A stretch of 64,000 nt of DNA from the human T2T-CHM13v2.0 reference genome, Homo sapiens: the NCBI RefSeq assembly GCF_009914755.1, contig NC_060931.1; one strand, 5' to 3'. The notes under the pieces are model-generated. The model did not search any database. It was not told the origin of the DNA and saw only the letters and a program-made list of their open reading frames with translations. This document shows positions 12,701 to 26,410 of this stretch, one piece after another; the first letter of the stretch is position 1; the number at the start of each line of letters is the position of its first letter. A program made the translations under genes and the position numbers.

Positions 12701-15700
12701 TGTAAAGGAATCCTAAGATACTAAGATGGGGTCTTTTGATTCCAAAAACTTCCATATTTGTGATGATATTTTATTATCTTCAGTATTGTCTGGTGTCGAG
12801 GAAGATTTCAAGAAAAGAGTTTTCAATGAAATTCCAATGCTAAAGCCAGGTGATTCAAAATATTATTAACTCATGTTTAATTGGATTTTTAAAATTTACA
12901 CTTAAATGTTTTATGTTATTTAGAACTATGATTTATTTTTAGTCTTCATGATTATCTTCATAGGTAGTATTAAGAAAAGTTTTTTAAAATATACTTTATT
13001 AAAATAGTATTTCTTAATAACCAAACTTTGAGGATTAAAATATCTGTGACCTTCTGTAGGTTTAGCTGTTGACAAATACTTGTAAAAATTTTCAAGTTAG
13101 TAAGTTCCAAACACCTATAAATACATAAATACATTTATTGTTTACATGGGAAATATTCTGTTGTAATTAGATTTATCTCTATTAAATTTTGACACATGAA
13201 TACAAGTTTGGAGTTAGCTATGTAATCTAATACATACTGAAATGCTTCTATTCATCATGAAAAGATAAATTTAAATCCTCCCTAAAATTGGCATTCGTTT
13301 CTTTGTTTGATACATAATACTAATATGTATTATATAACATTAATATGTATTATGAATATCTAAACAACTAAATAATATAAAATGTCCATTATTTGACACA
13401 AAAGGCCCATTAATGGGGTCATTTAAAAAATGTTACCTTTATTAGAATACTGACTACATTTTTATTCTATTAACATAGCATTTTCTTTAAAAGTGACATC
13501 ATGATCCAAATTAAAGTTAGTTATTTTCAAGTCAGTGGCAAAATATATTCAAATTAGTATCTAAACCAATTTCAGAGTATTTTTATTTTGTTTGAATAGC
13601 TGTACAACCTATGGTTCATTTCTGTCTTCATAATGTAATGAGACAAAAGTTGATATGCAATAATTTCAATTTGGACATTTTCTCTTCCATAACTCAGGAA
13701 GAAGTGGAAATCTAGAAAGGACTGATGAGAACATAATTTGAAAAATAAAGAGAGGAAACTAGAATAACATCAAGAATTACTTATATATGAAGGCCAAGAG
13801 ATATTTTTAGAATGAACATGATTAAGACTCTATCTGGCTGTTCTGACAACTAGCATTTCACAGACAGAATCATCACACCTCAAGCATACACATGTACTTT
13901 CTACCTCACTGACACAAACTAAATATACAACTGTATAACTATATTATACAATATGTGAATTTATGTATTTATGTTAAAGATAAATTACAGATAAATAAAT
14001 GATAACAAGGGATTTTCAAATATAAATTTCCAGTAACTTCAGTTTCTATTATTGCCCTAGACTTGGTGTATAATCACAATTGTTCCTTAAACATTCTCAA
14101 CAAAGGGAACTAAATTTGAACATGAGGAATTATGTGCATGTAGTCAAGATTAAAATGTTTACTTTTGTGAGAATGATGTTCTCTAATAACAATATTTTTG
14201 GAAAACCATAAAAAACTTTAATTCTCTTGTGATTTGTTTCTAAATGCTAAAGAGCCAAAAGAGAATAACTAATATCTTGAATGTGTTCCATTTTGTATAT
14301 AAGCAGGCTCTGAAAATCAGTTTTCACATTGTTGGCTCAAAATCACTTACACAATAAAGTTATATTGTCCCAATCATACTAGGATGAGTAGCCAAATACC
14401 GCATCTAGAAATAAAAATTCAGCTGTTTGCCTCAGAAGTGAAATCACATGCATTTTTAGTACCTTAATTCATAATTAGTCTGTTTGAATTGCCATTAAGT
14501 GTCTCAATCAAAATATTCTTTTGCACAGCCCTATTTCAAAGAGCTCCCCATGCAGAGTTTCATCGACATTTCTATCCCATTCTCTTTGATTTCAGCATGG
14601 AGTGTTGAAGTATAAATCACTTTGGCTGCTTTCCCACAAAGTAATGAATGTTTCATCATATTAGCCCACAGGCTTTTTCCCTTTTTGTTTTATTTCTTTC
14701 TTTTTATTTTTCTCTTTTGGTCCATTATATGCTGTCATGGGCTCTACTCCTGCAGCCCCCCAGATGGCCGTATGAGAAGTGCAATCAGATGGAGCTCGTC
14801 TTCAATGGTGATCCACAGAGTACTGATGTTATATTTATTTGAACATATACTGTTGAGTTGTTTATGCTCATCAAAGTAACTCTCATGTCTTATTTTTCAA
14901 GTCTCTGAAGAGCAAAGTAATCTTAGCCATTTTGACACATCTTCTGAAATTGAAATCTGTTATTTGATGTCTCCTTGATATAAACAGTTGATTCCCCCCA
15001 GAAGATCAGAAGAGTGTAGAGAAGGCTCATGAACATTATTCTAGGTAAAGAGAATGTGTACCTGCACAATTGAAAAAGTACTGCCAAACATAGCTCATCA
15101 TTATAAAGTTAAGATTTTGCATAGTCAACATCCTGGGTCTTTTCACATAATTGTACAGAATACTGCTGGTACACAGCACGGTAAACCAGGTTCATCAACT
15201 AAGGCAATCACTAGGAGGCAACCTGAGTCTCACACCACTACCTTGACTTTTATTTGTATGTGACAAGATGTTTTTTCACCTGTCTCATGGGAAAATTGTC
15301 TTTGAAATAAGAATGCCAGGTTTATCTTGAGATAATGTTTGCTTTTATCATGTCATACTAATTTTAACATTAATAATAGTAATATGAATCATTGCTAACT
15401 TCTATTTTGTGTTTAGACATTACAAGAATTATGCTAAGACTTTGCTCATTTCTTAGTCTGTGAAGGAAATTGTATTAGCTCCAATTTACATGCATGAAAC
15501 ATGTGAGACATAGATATGAAGAAACTTACCCAGGGCTTCTCTGGGGTAGAAGAGTTTGACTCCAGAGTCTTAAATCGTTGTTTTATTTTATAATGGGTGT
15601 GCAAGAAAGTTAAATAGGTATGAATCTTAGTAGGTCAAACAGCATAGCCTCAAAACATATAAATTAATGTAACTCAAAAAATATGAAATAGGAAATAATA

Positions 15701-15914
15701 CACTGAGATGTTACTGTATTATTCTAACTTCATGTTCTAAGTTCACTAAACATGTTCAAATCTAGCATGTCAATAAGCAGTAATCCAAAGTTGACTATGT
15801 ATAGTGCACACCTATGAGTCAGGCCACAGCACAGCATCAAAGCGTGTACATTCATTTCTGGAAGTATCAAAATTGTTCTCTATATGAACAACCATTCCTG
15901 TCAATTTCATTCAC

Positions 15915-18900
15915 TTTTTTGGTATCTACATTATCAAATCCGCTTGATAGTTGTATTTTGCAATGGCAGAGAACATCTTGTCTCCTATCAAAAATAATTC
16001 AAAGCTACAGACTCTGAGCCATGAAAAGGTGCAGCATGCCTCAGTCTTATCTTTGTTTATGCACCATACTTTTAATAGAAATGGGGACTACTCTATGCCC
16101 AGCGTTCTCTTTTGCCACCTAAAGCCACTGAAGCCAGACAGCTTTCATACAGAACCCTTATTATTACTTTTTCTCTATGTGGGTAAAAAATAATGCCAGG
16201 GACCAACCTAGGAAACCAACAGTAGCATGTTCTTTATTTCTGTGTTGTTCCTAAAATTCTCTCACTCTTGTCTTTCATTTTTCCTAGCTTCCAATCAATT
16301 CATGAAATAAGTGTCCTAAAGTGGCAAAGTCTACCAGGAAAGCAGACCTAAACAAACCCAAAAACCGAAAAACCAAACCTCTCATTTAAGATCACTTGGA
16401 ACACTTGGCTATAGAAAAATAAACTGTACATTGTACATACACAGCATATGCCAAAACAGAGGAAATTACAAAATTCGATTTTTAAAAACAATTATTAATT
16501 ATTTTTACTCTATAATCATTGAAGAAAAAATATTTTTATGTCAAAATCTACCATTCTTTTATTAAACAATTTTTGTTGAGCCCTCACTATGTGTTAAGTG
16601 TCTTTGACAAAATAGGTATGTGAGAGGTATGTTTAGGATATAAACAGCACTTGGAAGCATTGCTAAAAGTATGGTTTCCTTGTACATAATTCAGTTTATA
16701 TTATTTTGTCAGCCTGGAATATTGAGAGTTCCTTACTCAATGCGAATAAGGGCAAGTGATAGACTTTATTGTTTCCTAGATCATTCAAATTTATTGCAAC
16801 ACTTCTCCATGCACGCTTTGGCAGAGAAGTGTCCAATGTGTCAATTTGCCTAATATTGAAACCTCTGTACCCTAAAGAGTATATCCCTGGCTTTGCAATG
16901 AACTACCATCTGGCCTTGCTCAGTAGATAAGACTTATTCTGTATTCTAATAACGTGTGGTACCCACTTCATCTAATTCACATGAGTTTGCAACAATCAGA
17001 ATGAAAAACATTTTAAAAGACACTAACAATTTATTAACCGAAATGAAGACAATAGAAAGATGGAAGATAAGGTAAATGATTTTTGAAGATAAAATTTGTT
17101 TACTTCTGATGAAATATAAACATTGCTGGATGATTATACAATTGCCAGTCTCAACTTATTTTTCCTTTTTCAAGCTGCTGACATCGTGGCTAGAGTCTTT
17201 AAAGTACTGCGAACTGATTTTCCAAAATCCTACGGGTGCCCATAAATTCCATTTCTGAGAATAATTTCCTCCCGTATAAGAGAGAGATGTGCAATAAGAA
17301 AGCCCGTTTGCCTTTCTGCCTCCCTTCTCATACTGGACACATTCATTTTAGAAGTTGATTTCTGGGACTGTGGAAGCTTTCTTGATACCAAGAAGCAACA
17401 ATCCTTAGCACAAGACCAACATTTGAGCGCAACAGAGTTGAAAGATGGAACTTGCCCTAGTCTGAACACATTCCTGCACTTCCTTAACTTCTCTGGGTTT
17501 CCTTTCTCTGGGCCACTAATTCTGTAAACAAAAAGTTATTCCATTATAAACTGAAAACATTGCTGAGACAGAAATATAATAATAATTCAAATAATAATAG
17601 GTAATAGGCTTTGTGAGTTCACTGAATGCAAATAACCTTGCAAATACTTTACTACACTGTCTCTAAGCTCACAAAATATGCAAAATAAGTAGTGTCTCAT
17701 AGGGTATTGAAGCTAAGATGTCTCAAAAAGATGTTTTGCTTTTTTGTTTTGCTTTTACAGACAATATTTAAGAAACACCTTTATTGGTAACTGAATTTGG
17801 GTTATGCCCTTTTTCTTATCAGTGTTTTACAGTCCAATTTTATTTAAAAAACAATTTTTCTAGATTCCTATATTTTGCTCCTTCTTTATCTAATTGGCGT
17901 CTCTTTTCTTTCTTCTATCTCTTCAGCGATTCATCTACCAGTAGTTAACAATTTGGAGATCCCGTGGTCTTAAAGATATACAGAAGGTCTCCTTACAACA
18001 GGGTGAGAAAGTGTACGCTTGAAGAAACGTTAAGTCTTACAAGATGAAAGGAGAAAATTTACCTTTAAAAAATGGAATATGGGGCATACAACAATGTGCT
18101 TTGAAAATGACTTCTACATGTTTGAAGGAAACCATTACTGTTGGCGTTCCAAGCAAGGAAGTATTCCTGGGAAAGCAGACTGCTTCCCAGGTGATAACAG
18201 CACAACAATCGAAGGAAAAGGAAAAGTAACAGATCTAATAAAGTCCCCATAATAGAATGCACGGTAATACCAGCAAAAGCCGTTACTATGAAAAAGACCG
18301 GGGCTAGGGTAGGGAGAGTGGACACGGGGCTTATGTTCGCACCAATCACCATTATCAGTACAAAGGGGCTGTGGACTAGGAAAATGCATCCGCTCCTTTT
18401 CCCAGGGCCCTATGTACAGGGAGCCAGGTTGGGGGATCCTGGGGAGCCTGAAGCCGGATCTCCTAACCCTCACTATCAGACAGAAACACAGGAGAGTCCC
18501 ACACCCTATCCCCTCAAAATGTCAAAGAGCTCTGTAAGAAAATCCGTGTAAAAAGTTAGTTGGCTTCAAGTAACTAAACTTATTTTTATTTTCCAGCCAT
18601 TGTTTTGGCAACAGATCAATGCAGCCATAATTTATCTTTGTAGGGAGACCAACATGGCACACTTTCACAAAGATTTAAGGGAGCACCTTGGAATGCAGGG
18701 CTTCTCACATCTTCTAGTGATTCCATCCTTCTCACCTGTCTTGCCCCATGGCCATTAAATTGATATGTTTTTGCCAAATTGGTTTTTTTGGCTGTCTTAA
18801 ACAATCCCTGCCTAATCAATCAGACAAGCTGTGCAGTTGATCCAATTTGGCTGTGAAGATGGACAAAGACACAACTCAGCTATTTGTATACTCTCATATT

Positions 18901-19019
18901 TTCCTGTCAGAAATATACAGGTGGGGACTTATTCTCACCGAAATAACAAAATAATTTTTTCCATGAATTATCCCCCAAATTGGCACCCCCAGGAACATTC
19001 TGGCTTAGCTTTACCTGAC
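15915..19019 (-). pseudogene. Distal pseudo-exons, probable further RGS-like units
   Basis: 18939-19019 (VPGGANLGDNSWKKL), 18736-18811 (GLFKTAKK), 16737-16849 (open; AWRSVAINLNDLGNNKVYHLPLF) and 15915-15984 (MFSAIAKY); donors GTGAGA/GTAAGG/GTGAAT. Confidence 0.5.
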
Positions 19020-19514
19020 CTGGAAACACTGACAAGCATCAAATTGAACTGAAAGTTAGACAGACAAGTATTTCCAATATATCTATAGCAAGAATTATTT
19101 CATTTTAAAAAGCAAGTCTTTCAGAGAATACTGATTCCAGTATTCAAAGTCCTCTGCCATAATCACTGCTGGCAAAGTTCTCTTTCAGGAGCCTTGATTA
19201 GTCGTTGCATTATTGGAATATGCCCCATCAGAGTATTTGCATATTTGATTTTTTTAGTTATTTAGAAATACCTAATTATCATAGTATTAATTAATCTCAA
19301 AAATAATATTATGAATACATTTAATATTTAGGAGAAGCTTCTGTCTGCAGAACTAGAATTATGTAATTTGGTTAAAAATGTAACCTGTGCTTCAATTCTT
19401 ATACTAATTAACTAGCGTAAGTGAATCACTTAGAATGTCTCCAAGCCTCAATTTCATCTGTAAAAGTAATCCTAAAAACATTAATGTGTCAAGTATTTTT
19501 TATACAAATTAACA

Positions 19515-19840
19515 GGCCGGGCATGGTGGCTCTCGCCTGTAATCCCAGCACTTTGGGAGGCTGAGGGGGGCGGATCATGAGGTCAGGAGATGGAGACCAT
19601 CTTGGCTAACATGGTGAAACCCCATCTCTACTAAAAATACAAAAAAAAAAAAAAAAAAAAAAAATTAGCCGGGCATGGTGGTGGGCGCCTGTAGTCCCAG
19701 CTTCTTGGGAGGCTGAGACAGGAGAATGGCGTGAACCGGGAGGTGGAGCTTGCAGTGAGCCGAGATCGCACCACTGCACTCCAGCCTGGGCAACAGAGTG
19801 AGACTCTGTCGCAAAACAAAAAACAAACAAACAAACCAAC
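19515..19840 (+). mobile_element. AluY-like with expanded central A tract
   Basis: GGAGAATGGCGTGAACC and GAGCTTGCAG diagnostics; linker of about 23 A. Confidence 0.93.
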
Positions 19841-20368
19841 AAAATTAGCAGAGATAATATGTGCAAATTCAGTTTTGTATAATACAGCAAACTATTCAAA
19901 TATTAATTATGTTTTCCCAACATGTTCTGACACTTTTGGGGCAATACTGAGCCTTATATTTTTGTACACTAACTGCATCACACTGAGCCTTAGAAATTTT
20001 TAATAAATCCTTGTTGTATTAACATATTTAGAGCAAAAAATAGTAATTTGCATTTAGTTTGAATTAAATGTATTTTTTATTTGTTATTTAAATTTGGATT
20101 TTTTAAATCAATTTATTTAATAGCTTTCTAAATGCCTAATTTTTTGAGAATCAATTCTCTTTCCCTTCTACATCACACTTTCCCTTTTCTATTCCAGGAA
20201 AATGAAAATATATTTGTGCACATTTATATTGACTCGCCACTGCTTGTCTAGATGTTTAGAAGAGCTAACTGTAAGAACAAATAAAAAGAAAACTAGATTA
20301 AAATATCAGAAAAATATAGATACCTGTCCAATTTCATTCTAGTGAAAGTTCTTTCTAAAAATAAAGCA

Positions 20369-20560
20369 GGCCAGGCATGGTGGATCATGCCTGTAACCCT
20401 AGCTCTTTGAGAGGCTGAGGCGGGAGAATTGCTTGAGCCCAAGAGTCCAAGCTGCAGTGAGCTATGATCACGCCACTGTACTCCAGCCTGGGCAACAGAA
20501 TGAGATCTTGTCTCGAAATAAATAAATAGAAAGATAGGTAAAAAATAAATAAAATAAAAG
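20369..20560 (+). mobile_element. Alu monomer (FRAM/AluJ right arm)
   Basis: Single arm with GCTATGATC J-type diagnostics; TSD similar to AAAATAAAGCA. Confidence 0.85.
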
Positions 20561-20574
20561 CAAAGGAAATGTTA

Positions 20575-21000
20575 GCATCTTATATAACCATGGTATATTA
20601 ACAAAACTAATGATTTAACATTGATACAGTATTAAACTACAGACTGCTTTCCTATTTCATCACCTTTTTCACTAGCATTTTTTTTTCTGTCCCAGAATCC
20701 AACCCAGGTTATCATGGTGACTTTAGTTCTCATTAGCTCGTTAATGTGCTGCAATCTGTGAAAGTTACTGTGTCTTTACTTGTCTTGGCTGACCTTTGTG
20801 CTTTTGAAGAGTACTGGTCAAGTATTTTCTAGAATGTCCCTCAAATAGGCTTCCCTGATGCTTTCTCATGATTAAACTGGGGTTATAGGTTCTGGGGAAT
20901 AAATATCACAGAGCTCATGCCCCATCTCCCTGCACTAGATCAACAAGATTATTACATGTGATGTTAACTTGTTCACTTGATAACGTGCTGTTTCCACTGT
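20575..21000 (-). mobile_element. L1MC4/5-type 3' end
   Basis: TTTTGAAGAGTACTGGTCAAGTATTTTCTAGAATGTCCCTC motif. Confidence 0.75.
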
Positions 21001-22629
21001 AAAAATAGCCTCTTCATTATAATACATTTCTCAAGAGTCATTTCTCATTATACCTTCAAAAACATCCCAGTTTGTCCCATAGATAAGGGTCATATCTCCC
21101 ATGTGCTAGCTAAAGTGCCTGGGGTAAGAAATAATTTGCATTAACACTAATAAATTCATTCAGATTATTAAACTCATGGTTTACAATGTGTTGGCCAACA
21201 GAAACAGATACACAGTCAGAAAAATTTTTCAGAACACAATTTCCAAAAATTTTCCAAATTTATAGAACTGTATAATACATTTTGAAGAAAAATAATAATC
21301 AAACCACAAGGGATCTTAAGGAAGAAAATCTGATAGACAGTTTAAGAAAGTTTTGGGCCTGGGATTCTACTTCTAGGAATCTAATCTGCAGAAAGAGTCC
21401 AATGTGTGTAAATATATAACCACATGGTTAGTTAACACAGCATTGTGGAATACGCACATTTGTTAAAAACCGAAAACAAAAATAAGATTGGAAAGATCTC
21501 CAAGACATTACTGAATAAAAGACAGGAAAGTGTAGAACAAGATGTGCTGTGTGATCCATTAAAATAAATAATATAAAAAAGTATATATTAAACAGGTGGA
21601 AAGCAATATGGCAAATTTAACTTTAATTATTGAAGATGGGTGTGGGGTAAGAGAATGAATGGAAATTTTATGTTTTGCAGTCTATACGTTATGTCATTTA
21701 AATCTTTAAGAACACAAATCTATCTATGGGTTACTTACATTTAAAAAATGGATGGAAGTTGCCAAGTATACCTATTACAGGGATTTTTTGAACACATTTA
21801 CCTTATATTTATACACCATGTTCGTAACAGCATTTTTCACAATTGCCAAAAGGTGGAAACAACCCAAATGTTCATCAGTGGATGAATGGATAAACAAAAT
21901 GTGTTATAAACAAGATCAGATTTTTACAAGCACTACATTACAAAAACAAATGAACTAAGTTTAGACTGGAGGTAGGTAATTAATGCAGGCTGGGATAAGG
22001 GCCATAGCTTGAATTATATCAAATATAATACACTTCTGTTTGTTTATTCAACAGACTCTCAGTATGTTTGTGCAATATTTCCTTTAAGCACAAAATTCAA
22101 AGTTGATAAACACTTGGGATTTGCCTGCTGGGGCAGCAGGGCACTTTTGCAGCAGTACTCTTCAATGAGTCTCTCTACAAGAGATGTCAAGGTCTGGTGC
22201 CATTGTAAAGCTTTTGAACTGGCACTTTTCCCACACTTTCACTAGCAAATGATGCTGGGTATATTTTCATCATCTTCCCTAGTTTCTTGCCTCAGGTATA
22301 AAAAGGCTCATTTATTTGTCTTTATAGCCTACAGCCCCTACATAATGTTATACATAATTAGTTCCATAAAGAAAATAATGGCAAAAATACCCAAGCCAAT
22401 TAAAATGCAAACAGTATAAAAACTTCAATAAATAAATAAACAAGAAAAGATTGTGAAGACAAATAATGACTTTAAATGTGTGTATGTATGTGTGTGTGTG
22501 TGTAGGGCTAATATCCTTAATAAATTGATTTTAATTAATAAAAACAAAATTACCTAATAATGAAAAATACATCTAAAAAATTACAATTTTAATTTAAAAA
22601 GGAAACATATTTAACATAACTGGTGATTT

Positions 22630-22930
22630 GGCCAGGCGCGGTGGCTCACATCTGTAATCCCAGCACTTTGGGAGGCCAAGGCGAGTGGATCACGAGGTCA
22701 GGAGATCGAGACCATCCTGGCTAACACGGTGAAACCCCGCCTCTACTACAGATACAAAAAATTGGCCGGCCATGGTGGCGGGCGCCTGTGGTCCCAGCTA
22801 CTCAGGAGGCTGAGGCAGGAGAATGGCGTGGACCCAGGAGGCGGAGCTTGCAGTGAGCAGAGACCACACCACTGCACTCCAGCCTGGGCAACAGAGTGAG
22901 ACTCCGTCTCAAAAAAAAAAAAAAAAAAAA
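22630..22930 (+). mobile_element. AluY
   Basis: GGCTAACACGGTGAAACC diagnostic; TSD AACATAACTGGTGATT/AACGTAACTGGTGATT. Confidence 0.95.
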
Positions 22931-23544
22931 CGTAACTGGTGATTGAAGCACATAAAGTTTAGAACAACAAAAATTATCATTTATTTATTAAATTAGAAAA
23001 AAATGAAGACAAATTTTATCAACCAGAGATGGAAACATTTTGGAAGACATAGACCTTCATCTTTTATAAGTGTAAATATTTGAAATAATTTGAAAGAATA
23101 AAATATCTTTTATTTAGTGTAAATATTTGAAAGGTCACTTTGGCAGTATCCTCAATCTCTGAAGATGTTTACATTCTTTGACAAAGTTTTCAACTTCTAT
23201 GATTATCAGAGACATACGCAAAATTTTAAGACAATTATTTTTCAATTGCTGTGTTATTTCATAATGGGAAAAACTATAAGCATCCTAAGTGCGCCTAATA
23301 AGGAATTGTGTGATATCAACTATCATGTGTGTATATATCTATATGTGTGTGTGTATATATATGTAGAATAAAAATACTGCAGCCATTAATATGTAATACA
23401 TACATAATTATATGTGAAATGTGAAATGTTTTATTAAATATAATAGACATGCTAATTCAGGGTTTAACTAACAAGATATGTCCAAAGTGATGTGCATACT
23501 TGTGTGTATACTTGTAAATATTTAAAGTGGTAGGTTATTTAGAT

Positions 23545-26170
23545 TTTATTTTTATTATTAGTTTTTATTTCATTAGCTTTAGGAGAAGGAGTGATTTTTG
23601 GTTACATGAATGAATTGTATAGTGGTCCCATGTATTTATTTATTTATTTATTTATTTATTTTTGCATTTGCTTTTGGAGTCTTAGTCATAAATTCTTCAC
23701 CTATGCCAATGTCTGAAAGTTTTTCCTAGATTTGCTTCTAGAATTTTTATGATTTCGGGTCTTAGATTTAAGTCTTTAATCTATCTTGGGTTGATTTTTG
23801 TATACAGTGAGAGATAGGGATCCAGTTTTATTCTTCTACATGTGGCTATCCAGTTTTTCCAACATTATTCATCTAGTAGGGTAGTCTTTCCTCAGTTTAT
23901 GCTTTTGTATGTTTTATTAAAGATCAATTGGCTGTAAGCATTTGCTTTATTTCTGGGTTCTCTATTGTGTTCCATTGGTCTATGTATCTACTTTTATACC
24001 AGTACTGTGCTTTTTTGATAACTATAGCTTTGTAGTATAACTTGAAGTCAGGTAATGTGATACCTCTAGATTTATTCTTTTTGCTTATGAATGCTTTGCC
24101 TATTCAGGCTCTTTTTTGTTTCCATGTGAATTGTAGTATTTTTTTCTAATTCTGAAAAAAAATTACAGGTATTTTGATAGAAACTGCATTGAATCTATAG
24201 ATTGCTTTGGGCAGTATAGTTATTTTTATGATATTGATTCTTCCAGTCAATAAGCATGTGATGTATTCCCATTTGTTTGTGTCATCTATTATTTCTTTCA
24301 GCAATGTTTTTTAGTTCTCCTTGTAGAAATACTTTACCTCCTTAGTTAAGCATATTCCTAGGTTTTTATTTTTCACAGCTGTTTTAAAAGGGATTGAGTT
24401 CTTGATTTGATTTTCAGCTTGGTTGTTACTGATGAATAGCAGTGCTGCTAATTTGTGTATTTTGATTTTGGAATTGAAGACTTTAATAAATTCATTTATC
24501 AGATTTAAGGATTCTTTTGGAGGATTCTTTAAGGTTTTCTAGATATATGACAATATCATCAGCAAACAGAGATAGTTTGACTATGTCTTTTCCAATTTGG
24601 ATGCCCTTTGTTTTTTCCTTTTGCCTGATTGCTCTGGTTAGGACTTCCATTACCATGTTGAATAGAAGTGGTGGAAGTGGACGTCCTTGTCTTGTTCTAG
24701 TTTTTAAGGGAAATGCTTTCAAATTTTCTCCATTTAGTATCATGTTGGTTGTGGATTTGTCATATATGGCTCTTATTATTTTGAAGTATGCTCCTTCTAT
24801 TCCTAGTTTGTTGAGCAATAAATCAATGCTCCATGTTATGGAATGCTTTTTCTGCATCTATTGAGATGATCATATGTTTTTTTAAAATTTTATGTGATAA
24901 ACCATATTTATTGACAGCCATATGTTGAACCATTTCTACGTCCCTGGGATGAAAACTACTTCGTCACAGTGAATTATCTTTTTGATCTGCTGTTGGATTC
25001 AGTTTGATAGCATTTTGTTGAGGACTTTTGCATCTCTGTTCATCAGAGATATTGGTCTGTGGTTTACTTCTTTTGTTATGTCCTTTCCTGGCTTTGGTAT
25101 CAAGGCGATACTGGTTTCACGGAATGAGTTAGAGAGAATTTCCTCTTTTTCAATCTTTTGGAATAGATTCAGTAGGATTGGTACCAATTCTTCTTTGGAT
25201 GTCTGGTTAATTCAGTTGTTAATCCACCTGGTTCTGGGCTATTTTTTTTTCTTTTGGAGGCAATTTTATTTTTATTATTTTATTTTATTTTATTTTTATT
25301 AATTTTTTTATTTTTATTTTATTATTATCATTTTTTTGAGATGGAGTCTCACTCTGTCACCCAGGCTGGAATGCAGTGGCATGATCTCGGCCCACTGCAA
25401 GCTCCGTTTCCTGGGTTCATGCCATTCTCCTGCCTCAGCCTCCTGAGTACCGGGGACTGCAGGCGCTCACCACTACACCCGGCTAATTTTTTGTATTTTT
25501 AATAGAGATGGGGTTTCACCATGTTAGCTGGGATGGTCTCAATCTCCTGACCTCGTGATATGCCCACTTCGGCCTCCCAAAGTGCTGGGATTACAGGCAT
25601 AAGCCACCGCGCCCGACCCTACTTTTGGCATTTCTTGCAGAGTTTTTCTGGTATCGACAAATACTCTCAGCATTTGCTTGTCTGAGAAAGACTTTATTTC
25701 TACTTCATTTATGAAACTTAGTTTTGCTGGATACAAAATTCTTAGCTGACTGTTATTCTGCTTAAGGCAGCTAAAGATCAGACCTCAATCCCTTCTGGCT
25801 TGTAAAATTTCTGCTGAGAAGTCGGCTGTTAGTCTGGTAGGTTTTCCTTTATAGGTTACCTGATGCTTTAGTCTCACTGCTCTTAGAATTCTTTCCTTCA
25901 TGTTGACTTTAGATAGACTTATGACTCTATGCCTTGGTGATTTCCTTTTTGCAATGAATCTCCCAGGAGTTCTTTGAACTCTTTGTATATGGTTGTCTAA
26001 ATCTGTAGCAAGGCCAGGGATGTTTTCCTCAATTATTCCCTCAAATACATTTTCCAAATTTTTGCTCTTTGTTCACCCTCATGAACACCAATGAGTCTTA
26101 TATTTGGCCATTTTGCATAATCTCATATTCCTTGGAGACTTTGTTCATTTCTTTTAATTCTTTTTTTTAT
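23545..26170 (-). mobile_element. L1PB-type element, internally deleted (3' end, ORF2 RT part, ORF1 part)
   Basis: ORF2 remnants ([14 protein letters not shown]; [15 protein letters not shown]) and ORF1 remnants (KHQVTYKGKPTRLTADFS). Confidence 0.9.
25265..25618 (-). mobile_element. AluY-like, within L1PB, no TSD seen
   Basis: CAAGCTCC, GCCATTCTCC and GACCTCGTGAT diagnostics; long (TTTTA)n tail. Confidence 0.93.
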
Positions 26171-26199
26171 GTTTTGGTTAATCTTTGTCTCATAGCTTG

Positions 26200-26410
26200 A
26201 TATAAGGATTGTATATATTTACCATGTACAACATGATATTTTGAAATATGCATAAATTTTGGAATGTTACAATTGAGCTGATTAACATACATATTACCTC
26301 ACATACTCATCATTTTTGTGGTAAGAACACTTACAATCTACACTTTTAGTGATTTTCAAAATACACTGTTGTTCACTGAAGTCACCACGTTTTATAATAG
26401 TTCTTTAAAT
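26200..26410 (-). mobile_element. L1MA-type 3' end fragment
   Basis: CATGTACAACATGATATTTTG...ATTACCTCACATAC...GTGGTAAGAACACTTA. Confidence 0.75.

Noticed and set aside
14740-14943. Minus-strand segment reading EDVSKW...LWITIED after a good acceptor
   Set aside because: RGS-like words but wrong spacing and no clear donor; left out of the exon list pending alignment to an ortholog.
19606-20003. Short ORFs over Alu elements (also 25254, 33492, 47253, 61004)
   Set aside because: Typical Alu-derived spurious ORFs.
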